A stretch of 57,903 bases of DNA from Levilinea sp. Lineage in GTDB: Bacteria; Chloroflexota; Anaerolineae; Anaerolineales; Anaerolineaceae. Below are positions 1 through 8,707 of this stretch, in pieces. Position numbers and translations under genes: made by a program. The notes beneath the pieces are model-generated. The model searched no databases. It saw nothing but the letters and a program-made list of their open reading frames with translations, and had not been told where the DNA came from. The DNA lies in the NCBI GenBank assembly GCA_036751735.1, contig DAIOUB010000002.1:21938-79840 (forward strand), read 5' to 3'. How positions within the stretch are numbered: position 1 is the stretch's first letter; every line of letters begins with the position of its first letter.

Positions 1-218
1 GGCCCCATGTGGATGATCCCATCCTCATCCATTTGAATCACATCCAAACCCGGAATGCGGGAAACATCCACCAGTGTTTCAATTCCTTTGCGCTGTCCGC
101 GTTCTAACTCTAATACTAAATCGGTGCCGCCCGCAACAATACGCGCCTTTTCACCCTCACGGGCGAGGATATCGAGGACTTCTTCAATGGTTGTTGCGTT
201 GATGTAGTTTTTCCACAT
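1..218 (-). CDS. FAD-binding subunit of xanthine dehydrogenase/CoxM family (5' part only; runs off the window)
   Basis: Not in the ORF track. Manual translation from ATG at 218 gives MWKNYINATTIEEVLDILAREGEKARIVAGGTDLVLE..., with the AGGTDL FAD-binding motif and a GGAGGAG RBS upstream. Paralogous to 12870..13763. Confidence 0.88.
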   Translation of the reverse strand, partial: MWKNYINATTIEEVLDILAREGEKARIVAGGTDLVLELERGQRKGIETLVDVSRIPGLDVIQMDEDGIIHMG

Positions 219-234
219 AGCTCCTCCACACCAC

Positions 235-1029
235 TTATTGTTTCATGCTTTTCCCGGTACCGCCATTTTGCACCATGATAATTTCCGCAAGGATGCTCAC
301 TGCAATTTCTTCAGGGGTTTCGGCATGCAGTTCCAACCCGATCGGTGAATGCACCTTGTCCAGCTCCGCCTCGGTAATATCCGTTGCTTCCAAAATACCT
401 TTGCGCGTGGTAATCCACCGCCGCCGGGAACCGATCACACCGATATACCCCACCGGCTGCCGCAGCAGTGCCGGCAGCCCCTCAATGTCCACATTCGAAC
501 CGCGCGTGGTGAGCAGTAAATAGGTAAAGCGGTTCATTTCAAGGTGCTGCGGTATCTCCTGCATGGGAACACAAAGGTACACATCCCCATCCGGGTTTTC
601 CTCCGGCGTGCACAACTCAGGGCGGTCGTCCGAAATTACCACACGAAAATCCAACCATTTCGCCAAATGAGCAACCGCCTTACCCACATGTCCGGCGCCC
701 ACGATGACCACCACCGGCTTCGGAAGAATAGGTTCAACGAAGATGTCCAACTGTCCTCCGCAGATTCCCGGGTCGCCCGCTTGTGGGTTCGACATATTGT
801 AGTGTAACACACGGTTCTTGCCGTCTTCAAGAGCAGCTTTGGCCTCTTGTAGAACCCGGTTTTCCACTTCGCCGCCGCCAACTGTGCCAATAAACTGCCC
901 ATCCGGGTACACTAACATCTTGCTTCCCGCGTGACGCGGCGTGGAGCCGTGCGTGTTCATGATGGTACAAACCACACCGGCCCCACCCCGTTTTTCCAAT
1001 TCAGCTAAAGCTTGATAAATCGATTCCAT
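235..1029 (-). CDS. xdhC: XdhC/CoxI family molybdenum-cofactor maturation (accessory) protein
   Basis: GSTPR..G.KM, GTVGGG, CGG, GAGHVG, YIGVIGSRRR and PIGL...TPEEIAVSI motifs. Confidence 0.93.
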   Translation of the reverse strand: MESIYQALAELEKRGGAGVVCTIMNTHGSTPRHAGSKMLVYPDGQFIGTVGGGEVENRVLQEAKAALEDGKNRVLHYNMSNPQAGDPGICGGQLDIFVEPILPKPVVVIVGAGHVGKAVAHLAKWLDFRVVISDDRPELCTPEENPDGDVYLCVPMQEIPQHLEMNRFTYLLLTTRGSNVDIEGLPALLRQPVGYIGVIGSRRRWITTRKGILEATDITEAELDKVHSPIGLELHAETPEEIAVSILAEIIMVQNGGTGKSMKQ

Positions 1030-1036
1030 CGCTGCC

Positions 1037-4000
1037 TTATTCTTTATTCTGCAGCGCCAGCCACACCCGCTCCGGCGTCACAGGATTGATATCCACATTC
1101 GCACCGCATGCGTCCAGCACCGCGTTGCCCACAGCCGGGGCCACCCCGTCCAGGGGGATTTCAGCCACGGCTTTCACACCGAAGGGATGCGAGGGCTCAA
1201 AGGTTTGAATGAACAGGGTGGACAAATCTGGCATTTCATCGGCTCGGAAAATGTGGTAATCCACCAGATCGCGTTCCAAGGCCGCGCCTTTTTCGTCATA
1301 AAGCATTTCTTCGCATACAGCATATCCCAAAGCCTGGGTCATGCCGCCTTCCACCTGCCCAGAGGCCGTGATGGGGTTCACGATCACCCCGGAATCAACC
1401 GCCATCAGCAGTTTATCCACGGTAACCTGCCCCGTCTCAAGGTCAACCGTCACTTCAGCAAACTGCGCAGCAAACGGCGGCGGCGAAACCGGCGAAACGT
1501 AAGACCCGACGCCCATAATCTGTTCCTGATCCTTATGGTGCAGGGAATCGTGCCCAACTTCGGAAAGAGTCACAAAGCGCTGATCCGGGGCAATCGCCTT
1601 GCGGTCTTCCAACAAAATTTCTTCAGGCCGGACTGTGGGTCCATCCGCACGGTCATTCAGCATGCGTGCCGCGCGAATTTTGATCCGTTCCGCCGCCTGC
1701 TCCGCAGCCCGCACCGCCGCCGCCCCCGAAACATAGGTCGTGCTGGAGGCGTAAGCGCCCTTATCAAAAGGTGTAAAGTCGGTGTCAGAAGAATAGACGA
1801 TCATATCCTCAATCGGAACCCCCAGCACCTCAGCCGCCATCTGTGCCAGCACGGTGTCAGAACCGGTTCCCAGGTCGGTCGCCCCAATCAGCAGGTTGAA
1901 TGAGCCGTCATCGTTCATCTTGATGCTCGCTCCGCCCATATCCAGATACGGGATGGCCGTCCCCTGCATCACCATCGCCACGCCAATCCCGCGGCGCAGG
2001 TGGGGTTTACCCGGTATCAGATGCCATTCCGGATTCCCAAATTTCGAATCCCAACCCATCTCAGCACGTCCCTGGCGAACACAGTCTTCAAGTCCCACCG
2101 TATGGATAATTTCAGGGTTAGGTTCGCGGCCTTCGCTCCACGCAGTGCTGAAGGGGTGCAGCTCGCCGGGGCGAATGGCGTTCTTCAGGCGAAATTCCAA
2201 AGGATCCAGACCCAGCTCTCGAGCGATCTTTTCCATGTGCCGCTCAACAGCCCAATACCCTTGAGGAACACCGTACCCGCGGAAGGCCCCCGCCGGCGGG
2301 TGATTGGTGTACACAATATCCGCATGGAAGCGGATATTCGGGGATTCACGATACGCCCCATCGCCCACGTACAAGGCCATGGATTTATGCCCGGTATTGC
2401 CCGTAACGGTCAAGGCATGACAGCCGTAAGCGCCCGTGTCGCTGAGGGCAATCATTTCATTCGCGGTGAGCGTGCCGTCTTTCTTAACGCCGGTCTTCAT
2501 GTGAATACGCATCGGATGGCGCGAACGGGAGGCGGTGAATTCCTCTTCGCGCGTGTACTCAAACAGCACCGGACGGCCAGTTGCAATGGTTAAATGCGCC
2601 GCCACATCTTCGATCTGCACTTCCTGTTTGCCGCCGAAACCACCGCCAATGCGCGGTTTAATCACTCGGATTCGTTTGATCGGCAGCCCCAACACCGGCG
2701 CCAACATCCGACGCACGTGGAAAGGCACCTGTGTGCTGGTTCGAATCACCAGGCGGTCATCTTCATCCCAATAGGTGACGACCACATGCGGTTCAATGTG
2801 CGCCTGCTGAACTTTGGGGACTTCATACTCCCCTTCGAAGATGAAATCCGCCTCTGCAAAACCCTTATCCACATCGCCAATGTCGATGTGAATTTCAGCC
2901 GCCAGATTCCGCTTCGGGTCCGAATCGGCAAAATTAACATACTCCGGTTCATCATGCAAAATGACAGAGCCGGGTTTCATGGCATCCGCCGGGTCCAACA
3001 GTAACGGCAATTCTTCGTATTCAACTTCAATCAGCTTCAAAGCCTCATAAGCAATCTCAGCCGTTTCAGCGGCCACAAAAGCCACGCGGTCGCCCACAAA
3101 GCGGGCTTTCTTATCCAGAGAGAACATATCTAACGGCCCAGGGATCGGGTCTGACTGGCCAGCAGTGGAATAAACCACCCGCGGCAGATCTTCCCAGGTC
3201 AGCACCGCCGCCACGCCGGGCAGCGCCCGCGCTTTTGAAACATCGATTTTCTTGATGTTGGCGTGCGCCACTGGGCTGTGCAGGACTTTAGCGACCAACA
3301 TCCCGCGCATTTCCATGTCCGCGGTAAATGCCGGCTTACCCTGAACAAGTTTCACAGCATCAACCTTGATATCCGGCTGACCAATGCGTTGGTAAGGTTT
3401 TGTGCCAGAGGAATCCGTCCAGATTTGCGGCATGATGCGTGTTTGCGTCTCAACGCCCGCGCCGGTCATCTCTTCTGGTTCGCGGGTCTCAACAGGATGA
3501 ACAGGCTCGCCGCCATCCGGCATAGGTGCATTGGAAGGATAAAGAGGCTCAACCTTTTCGCCGCGCAAAACCGCCGCCGCTCTCTGCACCGCCTGCACGG
3601 GTTTTAAGTAGCCGGTGCAGCGGCACAAAACGCCGGAAAGAACGTTTCGAATTTGTTCGTCACTGGGGTTCTTTTCTTTTTCAAGCAGCGAACGCGCCGC
3701 CAGCACCATCGCCGGGGTGCAGTAACCGCACTGCACCGCGCCGACCTCAATGAACGCCTGCTGAATCGCATCCAGGCCGCTAGTTTGTTTCCATCCTTTT
3801 CCTTCACGTTCCCCTACATTTTGCACGGTTTCGATGGTGTGCCCTTCGGCCTGCGCCGCCAGCATACCGCACGAATTGACCGGCTTGCCATCCAGCAGCA
3901 CCGTGCAGGCCCCGCATTCCCCGTTATCACAGCCCCCAAACTTCACTTCAAAGAAACCCGCATTCCGCATGAATGTCAGCAGGGTTGTATTGGCTGGGGC

Positions 4001-4045
4001 GTCTTGCTCAACGGTTTTCCCATTGATGTTCAGTGTAAGTTTCAT
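1037..4045 (-). CDS. XdhD-like molybdenum hydroxylase, fused 2x(2Fe-2S) + molybdopterin-binding subunit
   Basis: N-terminal GCDNGECGAC and QCGYC...CRCTGY Fe-S motifs; GGGFGGK, AFRGYG, DKGAYASS, QVEGG and C-terminal VKAVAE. ATG at 4045 overlaps the upstream stop (TGATG) and has a GGAGG RBS. Confidence 0.92.
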   Translation of the reverse strand: MKLTLNINGKTVEQDAPANTTLLTFMRNAGFFEVKFGGCDNGECGACTVLLDGKPVNSCGMLAAQAEGHTIETVQNVGEREGKGWKQTSGLDAIQQAFIEVGAVQCGYCTPAMVLAARSLLEKEKNPSDEQIRNVLSGVLCRCTGYLKPVQAVQRAAAVLRGEKVEPLYPSNAPMPDGGEPVHPVETREPEEMTGAGVETQTRIMPQIWTDSSGTKPYQRIGQPDIKVDAVKLVQGKPAFTADMEMRGMLVAKVLHSPVAHANIKKIDVSKARALPGVAAVLTWEDLPRVVYSTAGQSDPIPGPLDMFSLDKKARFVGDRVAFVAAETAEIAYEALKLIEVEYEELPLLLDPADAMKPGSVILHDEPEYVNFADSDPKRNLAAEIHIDIGDVDKGFAEADFIFEGEYEVPKVQQAHIEPHVVVTYWDEDDRLVIRTSTQVPFHVRRMLAPVLGLPIKRIRVIKPRIGGGFGGKQEVQIEDVAAHLTIATGRPVLFEYTREEEFTASRSRHPMRIHMKTGVKKDGTLTANEMIALSDTGAYGCHALTVTGNTGHKSMALYVGDGAYRESPNIRFHADIVYTNHPPAGAFRGYGVPQGYWAVERHMEKIARELGLDPLEFRLKNAIRPGELHPFSTAWSEGREPNPEIIHTVGLEDCVRQGRAEMGWDSKFGNPEWHLIPGKPHLRRGIGVAMVMQGTAIPYLDMGGASIKMNDDGSFNLLIGATDLGTGSDTVLAQMAAEVLGVPIEDMIVYSSDTDFTPFDKGAYASSTTYVSGAAAVRAAEQAAERIKIRAARMLNDRADGPTVRPEEILLEDRKAIAPDQRFVTLSEVGHDSLHHKDQEQIMGVGSYVSPVSPPPFAAQFAEVTVDLETGQVTVDKLLMAVDSGVIVNPITASGQVEGGMTQALGYAVCEEMLYDEKGAALERDLVDYHIFRADEMPDLSTLFIQTFEPSHPFGVKAVAEIPLDGVAPAVGNAVLDACGANVDINPVTPERVWLALQNKE

Positions 4046-4809
4046 CACTTCACCTCCACATCCCGCAAACAGCGGGCTGCCAGTGTGGTTATTTCGTGTT
4101 CAATGAATTCTAAAGAGTACCTTGGCATAAAATAATGGCTACACGCATTAACAGCAGCTTCAACCGCTCCGCTGCTGTCGGTCCCATCCAGAACCAGTAC
4201 CACCCGTTCCATCAATCGCCCGCCAATCACGATCCGCGTCCGGCCCGACGGCCACTTCGCCGCAGCCGCCATGACCAGGGCCACATCCGCCGGGCTTCTC
4301 CCCACCGCATGATACGCAGCCCGCGTATTCAACGGCAGGGTAATTTGCGTCATCAGCGTTCCAAACGGCATATCTGCTTTCTTTGTGGCCAGCCAATCCC
4401 CCAGGCTCACTTCTTTTCCCCCGGGTTCCCAGGATAACTGCGCGTCCATGGCCAAACACACCGCCGCAAATGGGCTGTGTCCGCCCCCACTGACCAATGC
4501 CCCCCCAGCGGTGGCCATCTGCCGCAAATTGTAGCTGGCCTCGGCCTGAACAGCAGCACCCAAAACCGCCGGTGTCTGTGGATCATCCAGCAGGGCTTGC
4601 AATTTCACACCTGCCCCAATTTTCAAACTTTGTCCCTCAACCCGAGTCGCATGCAGGGGCAGCGCCTGAATATCCACCACCGCGATCGCCTGGTGGCGGT
4701 ATCGGCTCAAACTTGTACCGCCGCCTAAAGGAACCGTTGGTGGTGCATTTCGACCCAACAGTGACAGAGCTTCTTCCATTGTGTGAGGGCGGTGATATTC
4801 AATAATCAT
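4045..4809 (-). CDS. YgfM-like FAD-binding subunit of molybdenum hydroxylase
   Basis: YHRP..EEAL, GGGTSL and LRQMATAGG motifs; translationally coupled to the XdhD-like gene, as in ygfM-xdhD. Confidence 0.85.
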   Translation of the reverse strand: MIIEYHRPHTMEEALSLLGRNAPPTVPLGGGTSLSRYRHQAIAVVDIQALPLHATRVEGQSLKIGAGVKLQALLDDPQTPAVLGAAVQAEASYNLRQMATAGGALVSGGGHSPFAAVCLAMDAQLSWEPGGKEVSLGDWLATKKADMPFGTLMTQITLPLNTRAAYHAVGRSPADVALVMAAAAKWPSGRTRIVIGGRLMERVVLVLDGTDSSGAVEAAVNACSHYFMPRYSLEFIEHEITTLAARCLRDVEVK

Positions 4810-4878
4810 TTTTCACTCTCCTTGTCGGGGCGTTTTGCCTGCCCATCCAGACGTTTTTGGCTTCAGGAAATGTGTTGA

Positions 4879-4910
4879 CCACCCCTGGGAGGTTTCCCCC
4901 CCAAGGGTGG
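4879..4910 (-). other. Strong intergenic stem-loop (14 bp, GAAA tetraloop on the minus strand)
   Basis: Minus strand CCACCCUUGGGGGG-GAAA-CCUCCCAGGGGUGG pairs fully with two G-U pairs; no U-tract follows. Confidence 0.7.
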
Positions 4911-4939
4911 AGATCAGCATGGATAATTTGCCTTTGCGT

Positions 4940-5938
4940 TTACTGGGTCGCAAAGGTGTCAATCAGCAAACGCACATCACCGCCCACGGGGTACAGGATC
5001 GGGCAGGTGCAGCCGTTCTTAACATATTCAGCAACTTTCGCTTTAGCTTCCGACGGCGTTCCCGAAGCCGTGATGCGCAGGATCAATTCTTCCGGAACCA
5101 GGTGCTTGGCTTTCTGAATCTGTTCGTGCGTGGCAGGCCAGCCCAAAATGGATTGGATCTCCGCCACAACGTCCATCGAAACGCCAGATGCCTTGGCGAT
5201 GTGAGGCTGCTGGGCCAGATATTGGGTCAGCAGTTCGCGCGAAGTGTCAATGGCTTTATCATGGTCTTCATCCACCGAGCAAACCACCAGCTGCGGCCGG
5301 TCAATGTCATCCAGGGTGCGCCCCGAAAGTTTCGCACCCGCTTCTAATAATTCCAGGGCCTTATGATTGTATTCCGGCGGCACGCAGTAATTCAACACCG
5401 CGCCGTCTGCGATCTCGCCCGTCATTTCCATCATCTTATCGCCGGTTGCGCCGATGAAAATGGGCACATTCCGCGGCTCACGGCGGCCGTGAACCACATC
5501 CAATTCAATCCCGTCCACATTGATAAATTCGCTGTGGAAAGTAACCCGCTCCATATTGAGCAGCTTGCGCAGCACAACAACCGTGTCACGCATCGCCTGA
5601 AGCGGTTTCTTGCGGTCAATCCCCACATTTTTCGCCAGCGGATCCCACCACGCCCCAATACCGCAAATCACGCGGTTCGGCGCCAGATCATCCAGAGTCA
5701 AGAAAGTCGCCGCCAGAAGGCCAATGTTGCGTGTCCAGTTATTGATCACGCCAGAGCCTACAATTAACTTCTCGGTGACAGCCGCGTATGCCGCCATCGG
5801 AACAATCGCATCTCGAACCAGGCGGCTCTCGGCCTGCCACACCGCTTCAAACCCACGCTTTTCGGCATATTTCACATAGTCCAGGCCGTCGCGTAAATCA
5901 TGCGAATCCTGCAAATAAAGGGCTACACGGTTGCTCAT
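4940..5938 (-). CDS. LLM-class (luciferase-like, Mer-like) oxidoreductase, probably F420-dependent
   Basis: [19 protein letters not shown]...[15 protein letters not shown]....GEIADG and GTP.E motifs of the luciferase-like TIM barrel. F420 dependence is inferred from neighbouring cof/npdG genes. ATG at 5938 with GGAGGA RBS. Confidence 0.85.
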   Translation of the reverse strand: MSNRVALYLQDSHDLRDGLDYVKYAEKRGFEAVWQAESRLVRDAIVPMAAYAAVTEKLIVGSGVINNWTRNIGLLAATFLTLDDLAPNRVICGIGAWWDPLAKNVGIDRKKPLQAMRDTVVVLRKLLNMERVTFHSEFINVDGIELDVVHGRREPRNVPIFIGATGDKMMEMTGEIADGAVLNYCVPPEYNHKALELLEAGAKLSGRTLDDIDRPQLVVCSVDEDHDKAIDTSRELLTQYLAQQPHIAKASGVSMDVVAEIQSILGWPATHEQIQKAKHLVPEELILRITASGTPSEAKAKVAEYVKNGCTCPILYPVGGDVRLLIDTFATQ

Positions 5939-5982
5939 GAGTTCCTCCAAAATAGGTTAAAGGCTGGGCGTTCTGCTTCCGG

Positions 5983-6585
5983 TTAAACCTGCTCTACCTG
6001 GTTTAGGTATTCAAGGTCTTCCGGAGAATCAAGGTCGAACGCAAGAGTTGGAAGTGACAAAATTTCTAACCGGGTTCCGCGAGCCACCGCCTGTTTTTGA
6101 TACCGCTCCACAGATCCCTTGCCAAAGGTGACTTTGAACATTTCGATCGGGTTAATCAGCACTACATTAACCCCATCCATTTTTCGGTCGGGAGCGATGA
6201 TCATCTCAGGGGGTTGCACCGCGTGAGCCAACATCGTTTGAACATCTTCCGGCGCCAACAAAGGTAAATCTGCTGCTACGATCAGTAATGCGCGGGCGGC
6301 ATACGCCCTGGCCACCGCCGCGGCCCTTTGTAAAACCACTTCGAGCGGCGAGTTCGGGTCTTCCTGCAAAGTCCGCGCCCCGTAATCGCGTGCCATAGAC
6401 AGGACAGAAGAATCACGGCTGATCACCAGGACCTGATCAATTTCCTGCACGCTGGATAAAACTTGCAGCGTATTTCCCAACATGGTAAGGTTCAAAGTTA
6501 AGCGTTTTTCTTCGTCCAATACATCCGATAACTGCGGCTTGCTCATTCGTAAAGGCTTTACTGGAACGATTGCCCAGAGGCTCAT
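5983..6585 (-). CDS. cofC: 2-phospho-L-lactate/PEP guanylyltransferase (F420 biosynthesis), divergent
   Basis: WAIVPVK, ADLPLL, IAPDR..DG.N, FG.GS and DLD.PEDL motifs; sits near cofE and npdG. Confidence 0.85.
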   Translation of the reverse strand: MSLWAIVPVKPLRMSKPQLSDVLDEEKRLTLNLTMLGNTLQVLSSVQEIDQVLVISRDSSVLSMARDYGARTLQEDPNSPLEVVLQRAAAVARAYAARALLIVAADLPLLAPEDVQTMLAHAVQPPEMIIAPDRKMDGVNVVLINPIEMFKVTFGKGSVERYQKQAVARGTRLEILSLPTLAFDLDSPEDLEYLNQVEQV

Positions 6586-6678
6586 CAGCTTTGCAGCCCT
6601 CCATCCACAATTGATATATTAAATTATACTCCCGCGTGCCAGTCATGAGCCCTTTGCTCAGCTAGCAATAATTCCATT

Positions 6679-7215
6679 TCACAACGGGATTTTTCGGTGA
6701 ATTCCCTCCTCGTTTTCAGTTTGATAAATCATAGCCAGATTATTGATCTCAAAAGCATACCGCTGGGGAGATGTTGGAATCAGCGCATCCAAAGCACACG
6801 GAGCTTGCCGCAAGGTTCCATCATGGTACACCATGGTAATGTGCGGCATCCATACCGCCGGTGCATAATACGCATTGATACCCTTAGCCTGCGGGCTCAA
6901 CTCAGCCCACAATTGCTGATGCATTTTCCGAATCGCTTCGGTCTTTACAACCCCAAGTGTAACTGTTGGGAATTCCCCTGGAAAAACACCGTACCCCCAC
7001 ACACTCGCCCGGATCGGCCCAAAATCGATTGACAGCCGCTCCAGTGCAGCCAGGCTCGCCTCACGCTCCAGGTCTTCCACCGCCATCCAGGTCAGGTGCG
7101 GCTGATGTACCGCTTGAAATTCATCCGGTCCACACGCCAAATCTGCCCGGGTCTGAGTTCCTTCACCAGACCACGTGTGGCTTTCGCTGACAAGGGATAC
7201 AATGGCGATCATCAT
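6679..7215 (-). CDS. 2H-phosphoesterase / 2'-5' RNA ligase superfamily protein
   Basis: Two PHxT motifs (PHLTW, PHITM) about 85 aa apart; start overlaps the cofE stop. Confidence 0.75.
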   Translation of the reverse strand: MMIAIVSLVSESHTWSGEGTQTRADLACGPDEFQAVHQPHLTWMAVEDLEREASLAALERLSIDFGPIRASVWGYGVFPGEFPTVTLGVVKTEAIRKMHQQLWAELSPQAKGINAYYAPAVWMPHITMVYHDGTLRQAPCALDALIPTSPQRYAFEINNLAMIYQTENEEGIHRKIPL

Positions 7216-7982
7216 TATCGAAACAGATCTTGTTCCTTAGGTCGAATTAATTCTGTCAAAGCCGAATCGCGCAATGCGTAGGGAAAGCCGTGCACATGCA
7301 CCGCGGGCGATCCTTCGGCCGCCTGCCCCATCATCAGCGATGCTGCCGCCGCTAATTCATCTGCTGCCCCAATTTGAGTGATCCGCAATCGAAACCCGAA
7401 TAAATCCGCAGTCCCGCGCATATCCACGATCCCTGGCACCCCCGCCAGCCCAATCGTGACCCCGACTGTCCCATTTCGCCAGGCTCTTCCATGTGAATCA
7501 ATGATCACCACGCCAATATGTATATGGCTATGCGCAGCTATTTGCTCTTGCAGCCGTCGGGCAGATGCATCCGGGTCTTCTGGCAGCAGCAGCACCCAAT
7601 CCTCTTCGTTTCCCCACGGGCCGCGCACATTGGAATGGTCAATTCCCGCGTTCGCGCAGATAAACCCCAGGCGGTGCTCGACGATGATGGTGTTAAATCC
7701 TGTCCGCAGCACCGCCTGGCTTTCCTGTAAGATCAACTCCAGAAGCCGCGCATCCTTCTTGGTGATCTCAGCCAATTCATTCGCGCGAGTCGAAGGCTCA
7801 ACTGTGCTCAAATTCACCAGCCGCCCTTCAGCTTTCGACACAATCTTCTGTGCAAGCACCAGGATGTCGCCGTCGCACAATTGAATGCCGGTCGTCTTCA
7901 GCGACTGCATCAATAGGTTCGCAAGGTCATCCCCAGGTTCGATAAGAGGAAGGTTGCTCAGGGGGGTTACAACCAATGCCAT
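7215..7982 (-). CDS. cofE: Coenzyme F420-0:L-glutamate ligase
   Basis: LP.I.PGDDL, DGDILV.AQKIVSKAEGR, ANAGID.SN, LP.DPD.SA, DS.GR.WR.G and ADELAAAA.L.MG motifs. Confidence 0.96.
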   Translation of the reverse strand: MALVVTPLSNLPLIEPGDDLANLLMQSLKTTGIQLCDGDILVLAQKIVSKAEGRLVNLSTVEPSTRANELAEITKKDARLLELILQESQAVLRTGFNTIIVEHRLGFICANAGIDHSNVRGPWGNEEDWVLLLPEDPDASARRLQEQIAAHSHIHIGVVIIDSHGRAWRNGTVGVTIGLAGVPGIVDMRGTADLFGFRLRITQIGAADELAAAASLMMGQAAEGSPAVHVHGFPYALRDSALTELIRPKEQDLFR

Positions 7983-7991
7983 ACGATCTCC

Positions 7992-8678
7992 CTAGGTCCG
8001 CCGCGGGATCCCTGTGATTCGGATTCCGGATGATTCAACCCCATATTTCTTGTTCAGGCCGATCAAAATCGAGGTTAAGCCTTCAACCACCACAGAATTT
8101 TCAATGGGCCCCGCGTCCCAACCGATCAAGCCCGCGTCTTCCACCAGCTTAATCACCGTTTCGCGGGCTGCCTTACTGCTGCCAGTCACCAGCACATCGC
8201 ACTCCACCCCCTCGCCAGACAGCAGATTCTCATAAGAAATATTCTGGAAGGCCGCTACCACTTCAGTTGCCTCTCCCACAATCTCCTTTGCTTCCTGCGC
8301 TGCGCTGCCGGCTGGCGGCATTTGCACTTTGGTCACCTTCGGCGGAACCAGCGGTACAGTCACATCTACCAGGATCTTGCCTGCTAAATTCGGCTTGACG
8401 CTTTCCAGCATCGTCCGGTGTGCCGCAAACGGAACCGTCATCACCACAATATCCGCCTGTTCAGCCGCTTCAGGGTTCGTAACGCCGTGGATGTCTGCCG
8501 TCCCTGCCATCATCTGCCGCACATCCTCGGCGGCAGCCTGAGCCTTTTCTACCTGCCGCGAGCCGATCAAAATCTTATATCCAGCCTTTGCCCATGCGAA
8601 CGCCAGGCCCTTACCTTCTTTGCCGGTCCCCCCCAGGATGGCAATTACACGAATAGTCACTTCTGGGTTGTCGCTCAT
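7992..8678 (-). CDS. npdG: F420H2:NADP+ oxidoreductase (Fno/NpdG)
   Basis: LGGTG.EG.GLA, IGSR...KA, VPF, D.TVPL, GSAA, AFQNIS, CDVLV, DAGP.ENS..VE.LT..L..LN and GIRITG signature motifs. Confidence 0.95.
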   Translation of the reverse strand: MSDNPEVTIRVIAILGGTGKEGKGLAFAWAKAGYKILIGSRQVEKAQAAAEDVRQMMAGTADIHGVTNPEAAEQADIVVMTVPFAAHRTMLESVKPNLAGKILVDVTVPLVPPKVTKVQMPPAGSAAQEAKEIVGEATEVVAAFQNISYENLLSGEGVECDVLVTGSSKAARETVIKLVEDAGLIGWDAGPIENSVVVEGLTSILIGLNKKYGVESSGIRITGIPRRT

Positions 8679-8707
8679 TCTCCTCCTGATGCAATAAAAG
8701 GATGCCT

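Noticed and set aside
4820..4935. Spacer considered as a hammerhead ribozyme or SECIS element
   Set aside because: No CUGANGA core in proper register, and the upstream gene ends in TAA with no in-frame UGA.
6623..6628. TATAAT upstream of cofC as an internal promoter
   Set aside because: No convincing -35 or extended -10, so it is not reported as a feature, though it remains possible.
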